This document shows positions 49,303-61,782 of a DNA stretch of 64,000 nucleotides, one piece after another. Where the stretch lies: assembly GCF_964204645.1 (NCBI RefSeq), contig NC_134032.1, forward strand, positions 6,560,275 through 6,624,274, in the 5' to 3' direction. The notes under the pieces were generated by a model. That model saw only the letters and a list, made by a program, of their open reading frames with translations, was not told where the DNA came from and did no database searches. A program made the translations under genes and the position numbers. The DNA is from Tubulanus polymorphus (lineage: Eukaryota; Animalia; Nemertea). Position 1 is the stretch's first letter, and each line of letters opens with the position of its first letter.

Positions 49303-50803
49303 CACAGGCACTTGATTATGGGCTTCGATAATGGATAAATATTTAATAATTCATCAGCGATACGTTGTTCCTACTTTAATTTTTTTTTGTTCCTCCTAAT
49401 TTACCCATGATGCAACGCGCGCCCGTCGTTTAACTATACTTTACAGAAAGGCTGGAAACGATCCTATCCCCGTAATGCTTAAATCTACCCGCAATTATCG
49501 GGACAGCCGAACACTGCTGATGATAGTCTGAATACCAGTCGTTGTTACGGTTCCGTACAACGTCTGACGCTAAAGTATCATATAGAGGTTAACTCCTGTT
49601 AATTGCAATGCAATAAACTGATTTTAGTGTCAAATCAAACCTTTGTACTAAAATAAATTAATTAGTTACCTTGTTGACTTTGAAAACGTGTTTTATAATA
49701 AAATTTTTGATGATTTAAATCGCGAATCGGAGAATTTATTGATTTGATTTGAATTGATTGCCACTATCAGGATTTCCAATACGGACTAAATTAATAAAAT
49801 GTGAAAATTCAATATGTCTCTCTAATATTATTCTAAATGTTACTTTTTGTTGATAAAACGCATAATTTTTGGTCAATTTTAACCTTAAAAATTTGAAACA
49901 AGAATAATATCTGCATTGGCATCAATGTCCGTCCAAGTTTAAGTGCGAATCCGTAATTTACACTCCCATCATGCACCACGAAAAGCCGCCATATTTGTTA
50001 TGTTGCTTCAATTCAACTATTTTTTTAGGCGACAAGTCAAAAGTTTTGAGCCACTACGATCGTCAAAAGCTACTTAGGATTACAAATTTATGCACAAACA
50101 ATAGTTAACTTCCATCTGATTACAGAACAGTCAGTTTGAGGTAAGTTGATGGTGTTTTAAGGGGTGAAATAGACGCTCAAAGCCTCGTCCCTCAAAATGA
50201 GGGACGAAAATTAACCTTATATGAGCACTTTCGCTCTAGACGTTGTTTCAGGAACAACGGCTAGGTACTAGACTATGCCGATGATTGCCGAAGTACCTCC
50301 CAAGTGTCAACTTTAATCCTGAAATATAAGGAGCGCCCATAATTTCAATTGTAGATGATTTTTTGGAAACATTGACACTGTTTCTGTTTTGGCTCCATTA
50401 AAGATTTGAACTGGCAACAAAATTGATTTTTGAAAATTCGCGATGCCTCTTCGGGATTGCTGTGACGTCATCTGTCCCGATATTTGCGGGTAGATTTAAG
50501 CATTACGGAGATAGGAGCGTTTCCAGCCTTTCTGTATAGTATAGATAGACGAGGGGCGCGCATTGGATCATTGGTAAAACAGTTGCATCATGGATAATTA
50601 AGATGACAACACCGGTGGTGTTTTTATCGTAGATTACGATAAATTTTATCATTTTTAACACACCAACAAGGTCAAAGCCCATATTCAAGTGCCTGTGATT
50701 GTGAACTGGCCCCTGGTATTCAGACTTAAGTCGATATGATGATCATTGATTGATTGTACACGACGTTAGAACGGTCGTTTCTTCATCGACTTACGTTACT
50801 TAC

Positions 50804-50950
50804 CCGACTATTTTCCTCGTCAAATCCTTCGTCTAAATCTTGTGCATATCTGCGCAGATACCAGTAACTCAACCCGCCGACAACAGCTGCGGTAGCTGCC
50901 AAAACACCAGCACCAGCAATTACAGCAGGAAATCTACTGGAGGCCGCCAT
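50804..50950 (-). CDS. ARL9/ARL10: ARL9/ARL10-like Arf-family GTPase, exon 1 (N-terminal transmembrane/signal anchor)
   Basis: aaaATGGCGGCC start; translates MAASSRFPAVIAGAGVLAATAAVVGGLSYWYLRRYAQDLDEGFDEENSR; ends at CGG|GTAAGT, phase 0, matching exon 2. Too short to appear in the ORF track. Confidence 0.85.
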
Positions 50951-51229
50951 TTTGTCCAAATGTTGATCATGTGATCAATAAACAATCATTGAATTGATTT
51001 TTCAATTCAATTCAAAACTAATATATTGTGCATTTCCTGTCAGAATGTTTTCATACCTAGATTTAAAAAAAATTATTCAATTTGGTCGAGAAACTCCCCA
51101 ATTGTCAGGAATTGTATCCTATATATCCCGTACTTGAACTCTGCATGACCTATACTGTAAAAAACCATCTACACAGGATCCACACAATAAATCAGTGCAC
51201 TCGAAAGTCATCATACTAGACGCACGTGT

Positions 51230-52980
51230 TCCAGTCGTATCGTGTATCGTATCGGTTACAACCAACGGGAGGCATTAGGCCTATGCCTATTTCTAGGTTG
51301 TCTCGTTGTGTGGCTTGTTGATTGTTGGTGCTAAAAAGGTTTGAAACCAGCTGTGGAATACAGTTTTTGAGAACCTGGGACCTATTCACGAAGCACCTGT
51401 AAAAGTTACGTGTCACGTAAGATTTACTGCTACGATTCTGCTACTGTTGTCGTTGTTCGTACTGTTTGTGTTGCCCGTAGTTATCGAGTTGCGCTTGAAA
51501 CTGTCAATGCTGGGTGCATTAACTATATCTTCTGTTAGGCGGTTATTTACAACACGTTGACTGAAAAAGTTCTTCCGAATTTTTTTCCTTGATCGGGATA
51601 TTGCTTCAGTGAGTGCCCCCTAGTTCTACGGCTGTGGTTCTGCGGTATTAGTCGCTCGGGAGTTGATACGGTAGTGCCCGTGTAGGCAGTTGTAGACGGT
51701 GATCATGTCACCATGTGAACGCCTGTAACTCAGCGTCGGTAGTTTGAGTTATCATCCGTTGTTGATATGATGAGTCTTTTAGAGTTGGGACTAACTTTGT
51801 TGCTCGTATTTGTACTTTTTCGTAGGAATCAGCCATGTCTTTCTTCTGGTAGGGACTAAGGTTGAATCGCATACTCCAATATTAGACGAGCAAGTGCTTT
51901 ATTATCGCACAGAAGGTAATCAAGGCCGACGGAAGCAATTTTTTAGTGGTACGGCCATTCATGTACCGGTATCTAAGGTCAAGAGGTTTTCCCACCGAAA
52001 AATGTTGGCTTTTTGAGGTTCTAATATGCGTTTTCCCACCAAAAATAACTTTTTAAACGTATATTTTTCTACTTCAAAATATTACTTACCAAGCATCCTA
52101 CGGTGGTAAATGTATCACCACCACCACCATCACATCACGATAGGTAGAACACAATATCCGTGTTGACGCGATGAGGAGAGAATCCCACAATGATAATAAA
52201 AAGTCCGAAAATGAAACTTCGAGATAGTAGTTTATTTCAACGTTTCGACTATATCCTAATAGTCATCTTCAGGAATAATTTTTATTATCATTGTGGGATT
52301 CTCTCCTCACCATCACATGGTCTTGATTGCGTCATAGTTGACCTAAGGTATGTCTTGACTCTTCGCAAAGCATCAAATGACCTTTCACTAACTGACACTT
52401 TAAATACCCCTTGGCCAAAATGTAAGTTTTGTTTATAATGCATTAGTCGACACACATAAGTGTGCTTCTAACCCATTTCTCTGCTCTAACTCATGCCAGA
52501 ATCTATTTGGAAGTATGGTGCTTTTAATTTTTGTGTAAACAACCCTCAGTGCTATGGGTCCGTGCCTGGGGCGATTGGCAGATGTTTGTTGTCAAAAGCA
52601 CAAAAAGTCAATCACTCAGGGACTCCGACTTGTAGGGTTATATACGGCCAAAACTCTCAACCATCAAAGTTGTACAAGGTCAGTCAAAAAAAAAAAACAA
52701 TAGTAATGTAAAAAAGTGGTACCGCTGCACCGCTTCCCTCGGCCTTGAGGTTAAACGGTTTTTTATCGAGGTGCTCAAAGGATCTCTTGATAACTCCAGT
52801 CATTCTATGTCCTCTGTTTACAACTGAGGTATGCTGTGCTTGAAATTCTAACATTTCGTCGATTTTCACGCCTAAGTCTTTTTCTTCGGTTACTGCTCTC
52901 AGCTGGTGGATGATGGTGTTGTTGACTAGGGGAGACCCGGGCATCTCAACCACCTGTTCACCTTGAGCCACCCTGGATAG
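51230..52980 (-). mobile_element. Decayed CR1-type LINE 3' end interrupted by a MITE (51921-52747)
   Basis: EEKDLGVKIDEMLEF...GVIKRSFEHLDK; inserted element has TIR CAAGGCCGA/TCGGCCTTG. Confidence 0.85.
52231..52278 (-). ncRNA. Penelope-type minimal hammerhead ribozyme motif
   Basis: ttattc-CTGAAGA-T-GACTAT-taggat-ATAGTC-GAAA-CG-TT-gaaataa: intact core, perfect 6-bp stem II, palindromic stem III. Confidence 0.7.
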
Positions 52981-53084
52981 ATTCAATACTAGATCAGTGA
53001 AACATTTTTTCTTTAAATTTTAATACATCTGTTGCCAACTAATTTTGCTAAAAAGTTTTACATTTTGTCTTGGCAAACTCTATA

Positions 53085-53990
53085 ATGGAAAGATCACAAA
53101 TTATGACCTTTTTAGTGCCCAAAAAGACCTGAAAATTAGTGTCCTGTAGCTTCCTACTGGTTTGCCATTTCTCATTGCAATTTTTGATAGGTATTCTGTG
53201 GAAAGGGTTGTTTTATACCTGAGTCAGGTATTTTTGATCGGCCAATTGTGACGCAATTGGCGGCCATCTTGGTATCATCAGTACTCATTGGTAGGTGGGA
53301 AAAAGTTTTTCCACATTATATTGATACCTAAGCATATTTTGTTACCACAATTAATTGCAAAGTTGTAGCTCGTGACATCATCAATGATTGTGGTGAGTTT
53401 TAAGGACATTAGTTATTCTATATGGTCACCAGGGGGCGTTGAATAGTGGAATAACTTCGTATTTCCTTATTAGATTGGTACCTACGTAGGCATATTTTGT
53501 TACCATGATCAATTGCAAAGTTGTAGTTTATGACATTTTCTATGATTATGGTGAGTTTTAAGGTCATTGGGTTTTGAATATGGTCACCAGGGGGGGGGGG
53601 GGGGCGTTGAATAGTAGAATACTTAGTATTTCCATATTAAATTGGTAACGAGACATATTTTGTTATCATGATCAATTGCAAGGTTGTAGTTTATGACATG
53701 TTCTATGATTATGGTGTGTTTTAAGGTCATTGGGTTTTGAATATGGTCACCAGGGGGCATTGAATAGTAGAATACTTAGTATTTCCATATTAAATTGGTA
53801 ACGAGACATATTTTGTCATCACAATCAATTACAAAATCGTAGCTGCTGACATGTTCTATGATTGTGGTGAGGTTCAAGGTCATTGGTTTTTGTATATGGT
53901 CACCAGGTGGCGTTGAACATTGAAAATGTTAGATTGTTGAGCATTGGAAACCACTTCCCAAGTGGGCATGGTGTCCCTGGACCCCTAGTT
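53085..53990 (+). mobile_element. HINE family H, 5'-truncated copy
   Basis: Closely matches 18540-19436; ends CCCCTAGTT. Confidence 0.85.
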
Positions 53991-54019
53991 TCTCTTCTGG
54001 TTGCTCTGCCTGTCCTTCG

Positions 54020-54279
54020 CAGGGGCGGATCTAGGGACTGTCTTGTATAAGGCGCGAACGGAGGGTGGGGGATCTGGGGGTTATCCCGTCAGACTACATG
54101 TATTTCAAATTCGATGTGCATATTTGTGCAATTTCCTGCATTTTACAACTAATACAAGAGGAAATGAGTAGATTATTGCAACACAACTCTCAAACCGGGG
54201 CTCGACAATAAGAAATAAACGCTCGGAACTTCGAGGGGCCCTGGTCCCTCGGGTCTCGCCGTTTCTAGATCAGCCGCTG
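54020..54279. mobile_element. hAT-like MITE with 5-bp TSD
   Basis: cttcg|CAGGGGCGGATCTAG...CTAGATCAGCCGCTG|cttcg. Confidence 0.75.
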
Positions 54280-54513
54280 CTTCGAAAGCTCTTCGTTTCG
54301 CGGCAGATGTTACAATTCAATGTATCATTGTTACATAATATACATTACAGACTGGTGGCCGCTTAGTAGCAGCAACCTGTCCAACCTTGGGCAATAATTA
54401 GACCATTGAAGGGTTGACCATTGAAGGGTTTATGTTAGCGGTAGGGAATCAAATCCTTGTAAGGAATGGATGAAGGTCTCTGAATTCTTGCATGAATTAC
54501 ACCACGAACCTTA

Positions 54514-55076
54514 AGGCGTTTTGTGAGCCGATTCGATTAGGTCGATTAGCTATTATGCGCATTTGTGAGCCAATGTGTTTAGGCTAATCGGTACATTTGT
54601 GAGACGATTTACATAAACTGATTAGGCAAATGCTCCTAATCGTCCCAGGAGGTGTTTAGGCGATTCGATTAGACCTGTTTACAATCAAAAATTAAAATTG
54701 CGGAGTGAATTCTTCTTCGTTATATTGTTCAACAGTTTTTTCAACATAATCATTAATCCGCGGTTTTTTATAGATACTTTTTGTATGTTTCATTACTTCT
54801 GTTTCAAGAAATATACTGGAACTCGTAGGGCATAAGAGATTATTTCTGACGGCTGTAATCTTCCCATTTTTATTTTGGTCTAGGTATTTGTCAGTTTTGA
54901 GCAGCTCATTGATAATAAGAAGCGCTGAACTCTTTTTCTTGTTGTCCATGGAGGCAGCCATGTTACCTGATCGTAGTAACTAAACTGCTCATTTGTGGAC
55001 CAAAGCTAATCAAATCAAAAGTGCACCTAATCGCACTAGCTAATCAAAACCTAATCTATTCAGCTCACAAAAACCT
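54514..55076 (-). mobile_element. PIF/Harbinger deletion derivative retaining a transposase-like N-terminus
   Basis: TTA TSD; TIR AGGCGTTTTGTGAGC/GCTCACAAAAACCT; ORF 54692-54961 ends KPRINDYVEKTVEQYNEEEF, resembling the HARBI1-type N-terminal region. Confidence 0.75.
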
Positions 55077-55671
55077 TTAGTGTCTGATAAGGTCACGTAT
55101 AGAGCGAAAAGGTGAAGCCAAAATCAGTCGACCATTTTGGAAACAAAAAAGGTAACACACAGCCGACCTGTGTCCGACACACCCATTTCATAAGCTGATG
55201 GGCACTTCGTAGATACAAATATACGAATGATTGATTGATCAAAGCATGGCTTCAAAATTTCCCGTGAAAATTTAAAAAATAATGTGTAAAAATTGCTGAT
55301 TTCGGCAGTCGGCCATCTTGATTCTGATCAGGTCAGTTTTTGGGTACAGGATCACCGACGGGGCATTATTCCTGTTATATATGGGCAGTATTTTGACCAT
55401 AGTAATTTGCTCTGATTAGAATCCCACACTAATCCCTCGATTCAAAAAATTAGTAGAAGAAATACAACATAGAGAAAAGAACAGTATTCGAACTCAGGCC
55501 TGCAAGCGCTAACATAGTGACACTGCTGGACCACCAAGGCAGCCAAATACAGTTGGAATGTTTTACCTACACATGGCCCTCAACCTAAACCATCTGGACC
55601 ATATAGATCTTTAGTACATGCATTATGAAATGAGATAAGATTTTGAATAAAGTGAATTTGACGCGTCGTCA

Positions 55672-57111
55672 TTGCCTCCCCATTGCTCTCACAAAATTCA
55701 ACCGTTAGATGTCAGTGTATATGGCCCCTTGAAGAAATACTATAACAAGGCTGTTAATGAATGGAATCTCTCCCAGGAAAGCGCAAAACCATATACGATT
55801 TACCTGGTGTTTTTGCTCGAGCATTTGTGCAAGCACTTTCGCCAACCAACATCATTGAAGGCTTCAAGAAAACAGGAATATCTCCTATAAACTCAGATGT
55901 ATTTGTTGACGCTGATTTTCTACCGTCAGAGGCGTTGAGACCAATACCCCAAACGGCATGGAGGAAGACCAAACCTCATCAATCTCTGATAAACAGCCCA
56001 CTTCTAGTATTTTAGATGTAAATCCTCAGCCCCAACAACTAAATGGTTCGACCATATCATCAAGTTCAGACGACACAGAGCAAAAGGGCCAGGAGAAAAG
56101 TTTCTGCAACAGTGAGATACACCTCAAAGAAATTCTTTGCTTCAAAAATTTAATGAAAGGTCAGCAACTAAACGAAAATCCACTGTATCAAGACTCCAGC
56201 AATCAAAATCTTTTGATTGTTAAGAATAGTCACGAATCTGGTGAATCTGAAGACGATGGCAATGTGCCACTGATTTCTGATACTGATCTTTCTGGAGATG
56301 AGGTAGTGGATGTGCCTTTTGAAGTTAGCCGTGATCCCGAAGTTGGAGATAATGTTTTCGTTAAGCTAACATCAGACCTTAATAGAACCAATCACTATGT
56401 TGCTGAAATTATGGAGATTGATGAGGAGGATACGGATTCATGTTGTGAACTATTTCAAACAGAGTAAGAAGACCAAAGGTCATTTCTCGAAATCAGAAGA
56501 ACCATCATCTGTATGCAGAAAGGATATTCTTATTTGTCCTATGCCAAAGCCCGAGAGTGTTGGTGGAACAAAACGTACTGCTTGTATTCTTCGGTTTCCG
56601 GTGGATCTGACACAGTATAAAATTCAGTAAGCAGCATCACATGCGACTGTTCGGGACTGGAGTTGCTACTGAAAATTACATTTAGTTAGCATAATTTTTA
56701 CGACGCAAGACCTGGTTGGTCTATAAAAGTTTATCCTGTGTTGGTTAAACATGTATTTTTAATTTCAAATCATATATTGATGTTTGAAGTTTATTTTTTT
56801 AAATTGGTAATAAACAACGTTGTTCATATTTTTTTTATAGATAAAATCTTGCATTTTTATTATTAGTGTTTCATCGTGCCCGACATGATTGTTCAACGTG
56901 CCCCGTGACAGGGGCACGTTGAACCGGCAAACTCCAAATTTTCTCCCACAAATTTCATAGATTATGCATGGGCGCAAGCTATACAACATCTGACCTAGGA
57001 CGGACATTCAAATGAAGTTTATCATCCAACAGAAATATTGATGTGATTTCAGTAGATGTGGCATACACGATAAAAAAGTGAAAAACCTGTTCAAGGTGCC
57101 CCGGTTTCCCC
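55672..57111 (+). mobile_element. pogo-family (DDE_1) DNA transposon, 3' part, frameshifted
   Basis: PPHCSHKIQPLDVSVYGPLK...NIIEGFKKTGISPIN; acidic C-terminal region; terminal GTGCCCCGGTTTCCCC|TA. Confidence 0.88.
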
Positions 57112-57279
57112 TATTGTGTTACACATAATTTAACGGCAGGGTTGTGAACGTTCGGGAGAAAAACCTGATCAGGCCTCAGCCCAGTGACTAAGCCCTGAAG
57201 AGTGAACAGAGAGCAAGTGTACATCGTTATAAACAAGAGGATTCATCTTCAAAGTTTTCATTCAATTCTAAATTAAAGA

Positions 57280-59160
57280 TTTCACATCTACCGGTATATA
57301 CTTAAACGTGGACTCGTTGACTACAAAGAAAGCCGAAATCCGTGCAGTAGTTGAGATGCATCGGCCAGCTATCATAGGTATCAAATAACTGAAAGAAGGT
57401 CGAGATTTGATCTTCAAGCGTGTGAACTCTACTTCGAAGGTTACGAACAGGGGTGGCGGAAGCTTATTAATTTGGTCCGACCACAGGAAAAAGAGGAACT
57501 CTTATCCTAGTCGGTAGAGTTCTGTGGATCGTTAAAAGTAGATAATCTGTTGTTTGCTGATGCGCATTATCAGAGGTGGGCGGGGATAAAATCAAAAAGG
57601 AACAAATAAATAAATAAACAAATAAATAAATGTGCGGAACTAAATAGTAAAATATTGGTCAGGTCAATAACGCTCCAAACGCCCTAGTTCCGCCGCATAT
57701 GATGAACTATTCCATACTATCGAGCAAGATGGACAGCTGGAGGATATGTCTGCTAAAAGACTTGAACCTAGTGCTCTGTGATCGTGTAGACACAAAAAAG
57801 TTTACAAGTTTGTTGATTGCACCACAGCAGGCAACTCATCTCTACTTATAGAACTCCAAGCAACAGTCATAAGAAAACAAAGGGTAAAGAAACAGCTAAT
57901 CCCCCAGACATACTCCTTATTGGTGATTTTAAGTTTTAAAGCATTGATTTTGGAATGGGCAATCAGTTAAGAAGGTCTAGATCAAGCGGTAACACTCTTT
58001 TTAAAAGCCACTCAGGTTGCATTCCGTGTGCAACATCAGAAGGAACTCACAAGATGCAGAGAAGGGAAATTCTTTTCAAACTGAGAAGAGCTGGTCGAAG
58101 GGATCACAGTAGCAATTGGATTGGGGAAAAGTGATCACTTTACGCTCTTCATCAAAGTGGACCACTCCAATGTCAAGCCACCAGAACAGTAAAGAATCAA
58201 CTACCCAAAGGCAGATTTAGAAAGACTCTGCTGATATGCAGGAGACGAACTGGGGCAGTGGGCTGGATCGTCTAGGCGTGAATAAAAGCAAGATTGAAAA
58301 TGCTGTCCAGCGACCAGTACAGCTCAAATCAGTTGGTCGAGCTTGCACTAAGAAACTTAGTAGTGGATGTAGCCCTATGCTCTTTGTAATCTACATCAAC
58401 GACCTGCCTAACTTCTGAGCAATTAGTGTAAAACTGTTAGCAGATGACACAAAACTGTTCACCCGCAGTGATGTACCAGGTGCCACAAGCCGACCTCGAC
58501 AAGCTTCCACAAAAGTGCGTCGTCCTGAAGCTTGGCAGCGCTCCTGCAACTACCCACCCTTGGGCAATGTAGAAACAGATGTGACATGATAGATCTTCAT
58601 AAGTTTATTCATGGAATGTACGATTATGAATGGCCAAACTTCGAGATAATCGATGACCGCACAATCAGGGGGAAGTCTCAGGTTAGCCAAACAACGATAA
58701 CAATAATAACTGACATTAATACAGCACGGGTATCCAAACTAGAGTCTGTTAAAATGCGTTCAAAACTTGGTATTATTACCCCAGCAACTCTGTTCATGTA
58801 TCAGTCAGCTCTACCTGGGGAGAAGTAACATCCGAGCAACTCCTAAGCGCTCAAGTGTCATCTATCAGCCCAGGTACCCATCTACTACTGGGTGGAAAGA
58901 GGCATTGAGGATACGTGTATTGCCCGAGGACACTACGGTAAAGTAAGGGATTCAACCCACGACCTGGCTTCCCAAAGCCGAATGCTCTAACTACTCGGCC
59001 ACCCCAATCCCTTACACTGTAGGCTGGACCTTCACAGCAAACATTTCAGAGGATGGTAAAAATCTGATACAGCCTTCCAGAGTGTGCAATGAGAGACCCA
59101 TCCTTGAACAGCATCAAGAGCAGATTCGATACACACTGGGGGATCTAACCAGTGTCTATA
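57280..59160 (+). mobile_element. Fragmented CR1-type LINE (endonuclease and RT pieces)
   Basis: LLIGDF and LGKSDH endonuclease motifs; PMLFVIYINDLP and ADDTKLF RT motifs; interrupted by a MITE (57448-57701, 5-bp flanks acgaa/atgaa) and a SINE. Confidence 0.8.
58690..59010 (-). mobile_element. tRNA-derived SINE with conserved central domain and L2-like tail
   Basis: A box GTGGCCGAGTAG, B box GGTTGAATCC, body TGTCCTCGGGCAA...CCACCCAG..ATGGGTACC, TTA-rich tail. Confidence 0.75.
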
Positions 59161-61082
59161 TTCCAACTTGCCAGTCTTAAATCCATGCATTGTACAAAAG
59201 TTTTGCCACAAATATTAGAGCTACGCATGCCGCATAAATCAAATGCAGTTCAAAAATTAATCGGAATGATCAGACCAGTCAGGGCCTCATACATCTAAAA
59301 CTCCAAAGATCAAGCTTATGGCACACACAAGGGCTTCCTCCAGATAAGTCTGTGAAAAGTCAACCTCCCTTAGGAATTTAGAAATTCTGATATTGAGTGC
59401 AGGAAAATGAGGACTTACACCTGGCAAATTGAATTATTCATACTAAAAAATTAAAGACTTCAGCACCATTTTGTGGTGTTTTCTCCAAATGATGACTCAC
59501 GCTTAGTAAATTCAAATTGGAATACAAGAAAAGAAGGCTCGAAAAATGTCTTCATAATGTAACATAAAATCAAATGATTCAGACTTCAAATTTAGAGGAC
59601 CAACCACAACTAAGTCTTTGATTGCATGCAATTTATTTCATTAAAAAACCAACAAATATGTTCATACTGGGTACAGAGTTTTAACTCCCTCCCCTAAACT
59701 GTTCAAACTAGGAACAACATACACAACCGATGCATGGTGCAATGCAATCTTGGGATTGTGATAGGCCTACATATTCAATTTCACACTGCCACTGAATGCA
59801 CTTGAAAAGAGCTCCATCTTAGGTAACCGCTCATCCAAAGTAAATGCAATGCGTCATGGATATCCTGTACATGTGCTTGTTCCTAGTTTGATGAAATTGT
59901 TAGTGGTATATACTTTATATCATTAAAAACAACCATTTATAAGAAAATACTCTTTCAATTATTTAACAATGGCAAAATTTCCCAGAGGCCAGTTTTGCTA
60001 AACAAAATTCTGACTAGTTACTTATGTCAACTTTCTCATGATGACTTCAACGATGATGACTTTATTCTCAATAAAATGTACGATTCAGTACAATTCTGAT
60101 GCATTACGAATGACAACCCTTAAATTTTCATTGACATCAATGATCATATAAAAATATCTAGATGAAGAATAAACTAGGGGTCCAAAGTGGGCTAAAAAAT
60201 AAATCACAATACAGCAAAATGCACAATTTCCTATGAATTTTGTTTATGGTATTCACAGCAATTGCAAACATTTCCCAAATTGTTGCTAAAAAGGCATGAA
60301 TTTCCAAAAACAAATACTACATTGGCACATTACAGTAAAAGATAAACATAACACCATTTTGTAAATAGTTCAACTGGAAGTTGAAAGGTCGGGCGACATC
60401 AAAAGAAAACACTGTTCTTCAGGCCCAACCGACCCAATATATAGGCCTAGCTGTTTCAAATAATTATTTTCGTAATGAAGTAAAATTGCCTATTGATCCC
60501 ATTTCAGAATTTTGGGTGAAATAACTTTTTTCAAAAAATATCTATGTAGACCCTCCACAAAGCTCTCCATTGTCATAATTTTTTTTTCTTTTTAATCAAA
60601 GTGCGGTGTCGGCACTGAGTTGGACATCATCAAATTATTTCATTACATCAATTATTACATTTAACCATATGATTCTGGAAATGGTACAGCTGTGCTCAGG
60701 CAATTTTGTTTATCCGACATTAATGGCAACCTTGGAATGTATAATTCCAGGAATTTTGTAGAAAATATACTATAGGCCTATAACAGATTTTGATGTTTTC
60801 TTTTCATTCACAGTTTCCATATGGGAAATATGTTCAAAATATAGTTTTTATAGTTTCTTGCATAAAAACCTCAACTTCTTTTTATTACTGTGGTCTTCTG
60901 GCTGCTAATCATATTTTTAACTGGAAATTTGGTCCTGTAAAAAATAATTCACTATCTACCCACTTTCAGAATACCCCAAATCTTATTTCTATGAATAGAA
61001 AAAAGTAATTTCCTACACCTACCCATTTTTGTGATTGCCTAACCCGAGGGTATAGCCTAACCTTAATTAGATTAAAACAAAC

Positions 61083-61757
61083 TACATGTCATCCTCACTT
61101 GCCAGGGTTTGATTGCCTCCCACGGAAGCTCAAGCCAAACAAACCCTGGCGGAAATTCCTTCATTGCACCACCCAAGATTTCTTGGGTGAACAGATTGCC
61201 GCTCAGCGCACAGAGTGACCACCTGCCGAGCGGAGGTGGTCAAGGGGTGGTCCTGAAAATTGGTAATTTAAAAAGGGCAGCTATTTGGCAATGCTCAGGG
61301 ATAAAAACGGGTAAATCAGAAAGGTCAGAAATGTCAATTAATAAATGAAACTAATGTTCGCAACGACCAGCATTGAGTGGGGGAGTGTCCCTCTCGTGTT
61401 TAGAAAACTCTCTAAAAGGTCGGAAATCCATTTTTGGACAGAAGATGCTAGGGCTGCAAGCGCCAACATTTGTGGGGCCCTCCCACAAATTTTTGGACAA
61501 AATGGGGCTTTTCTGCTCTTTATCAGCAACTGTTTGGATACATGTTTATCTCTTTAGAATTTTCTTTGCAAAGAAAAAAAAAATCCAGACTTTTTGTGAG
61601 GTCAATTTGAATTTTGAAGAATATGCCCTTGATCCGATTGGCCCAAGAAATCTTAGGCAGTATAATAGTCCAATGAAGGGTCTGCAGTCAGAGTTTGTGT
61701 TTGTGTGAGTTTCGCCAGAAGGTTATCAAACCCTGGTAAGTGAAGATGCTACATGTA
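61083..61757. mobile_element. MITE with ~35-bp TIRs
   Basis: CATCCTCACTTGCCAGGGTTTGAT / ATCAAACCCTGGTAAGTGAAGATG. Confidence 0.65.
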
Positions 61758-61782
61758 TATACAAATGTAACTGCACTAAAAA

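Larger units (their letters stand above)
44645..50275. mobile_element. Foldback-like element with ~650-bp inverted arms (TAGT termini, Academ-like); left arm split by later insertions
   Basis: 44645-45216 + 48210-48225 + 49077-49150 is the reverse complement of 49617-50275; no TSD found. Confidence 0.75.

Noticed and set aside
49303-50697. A single element bounded by CACAGGCACTTGA TIRs
   Set aside because: No TSD, and it would cross the arm of the foldback element; better explained as separate copies of one family
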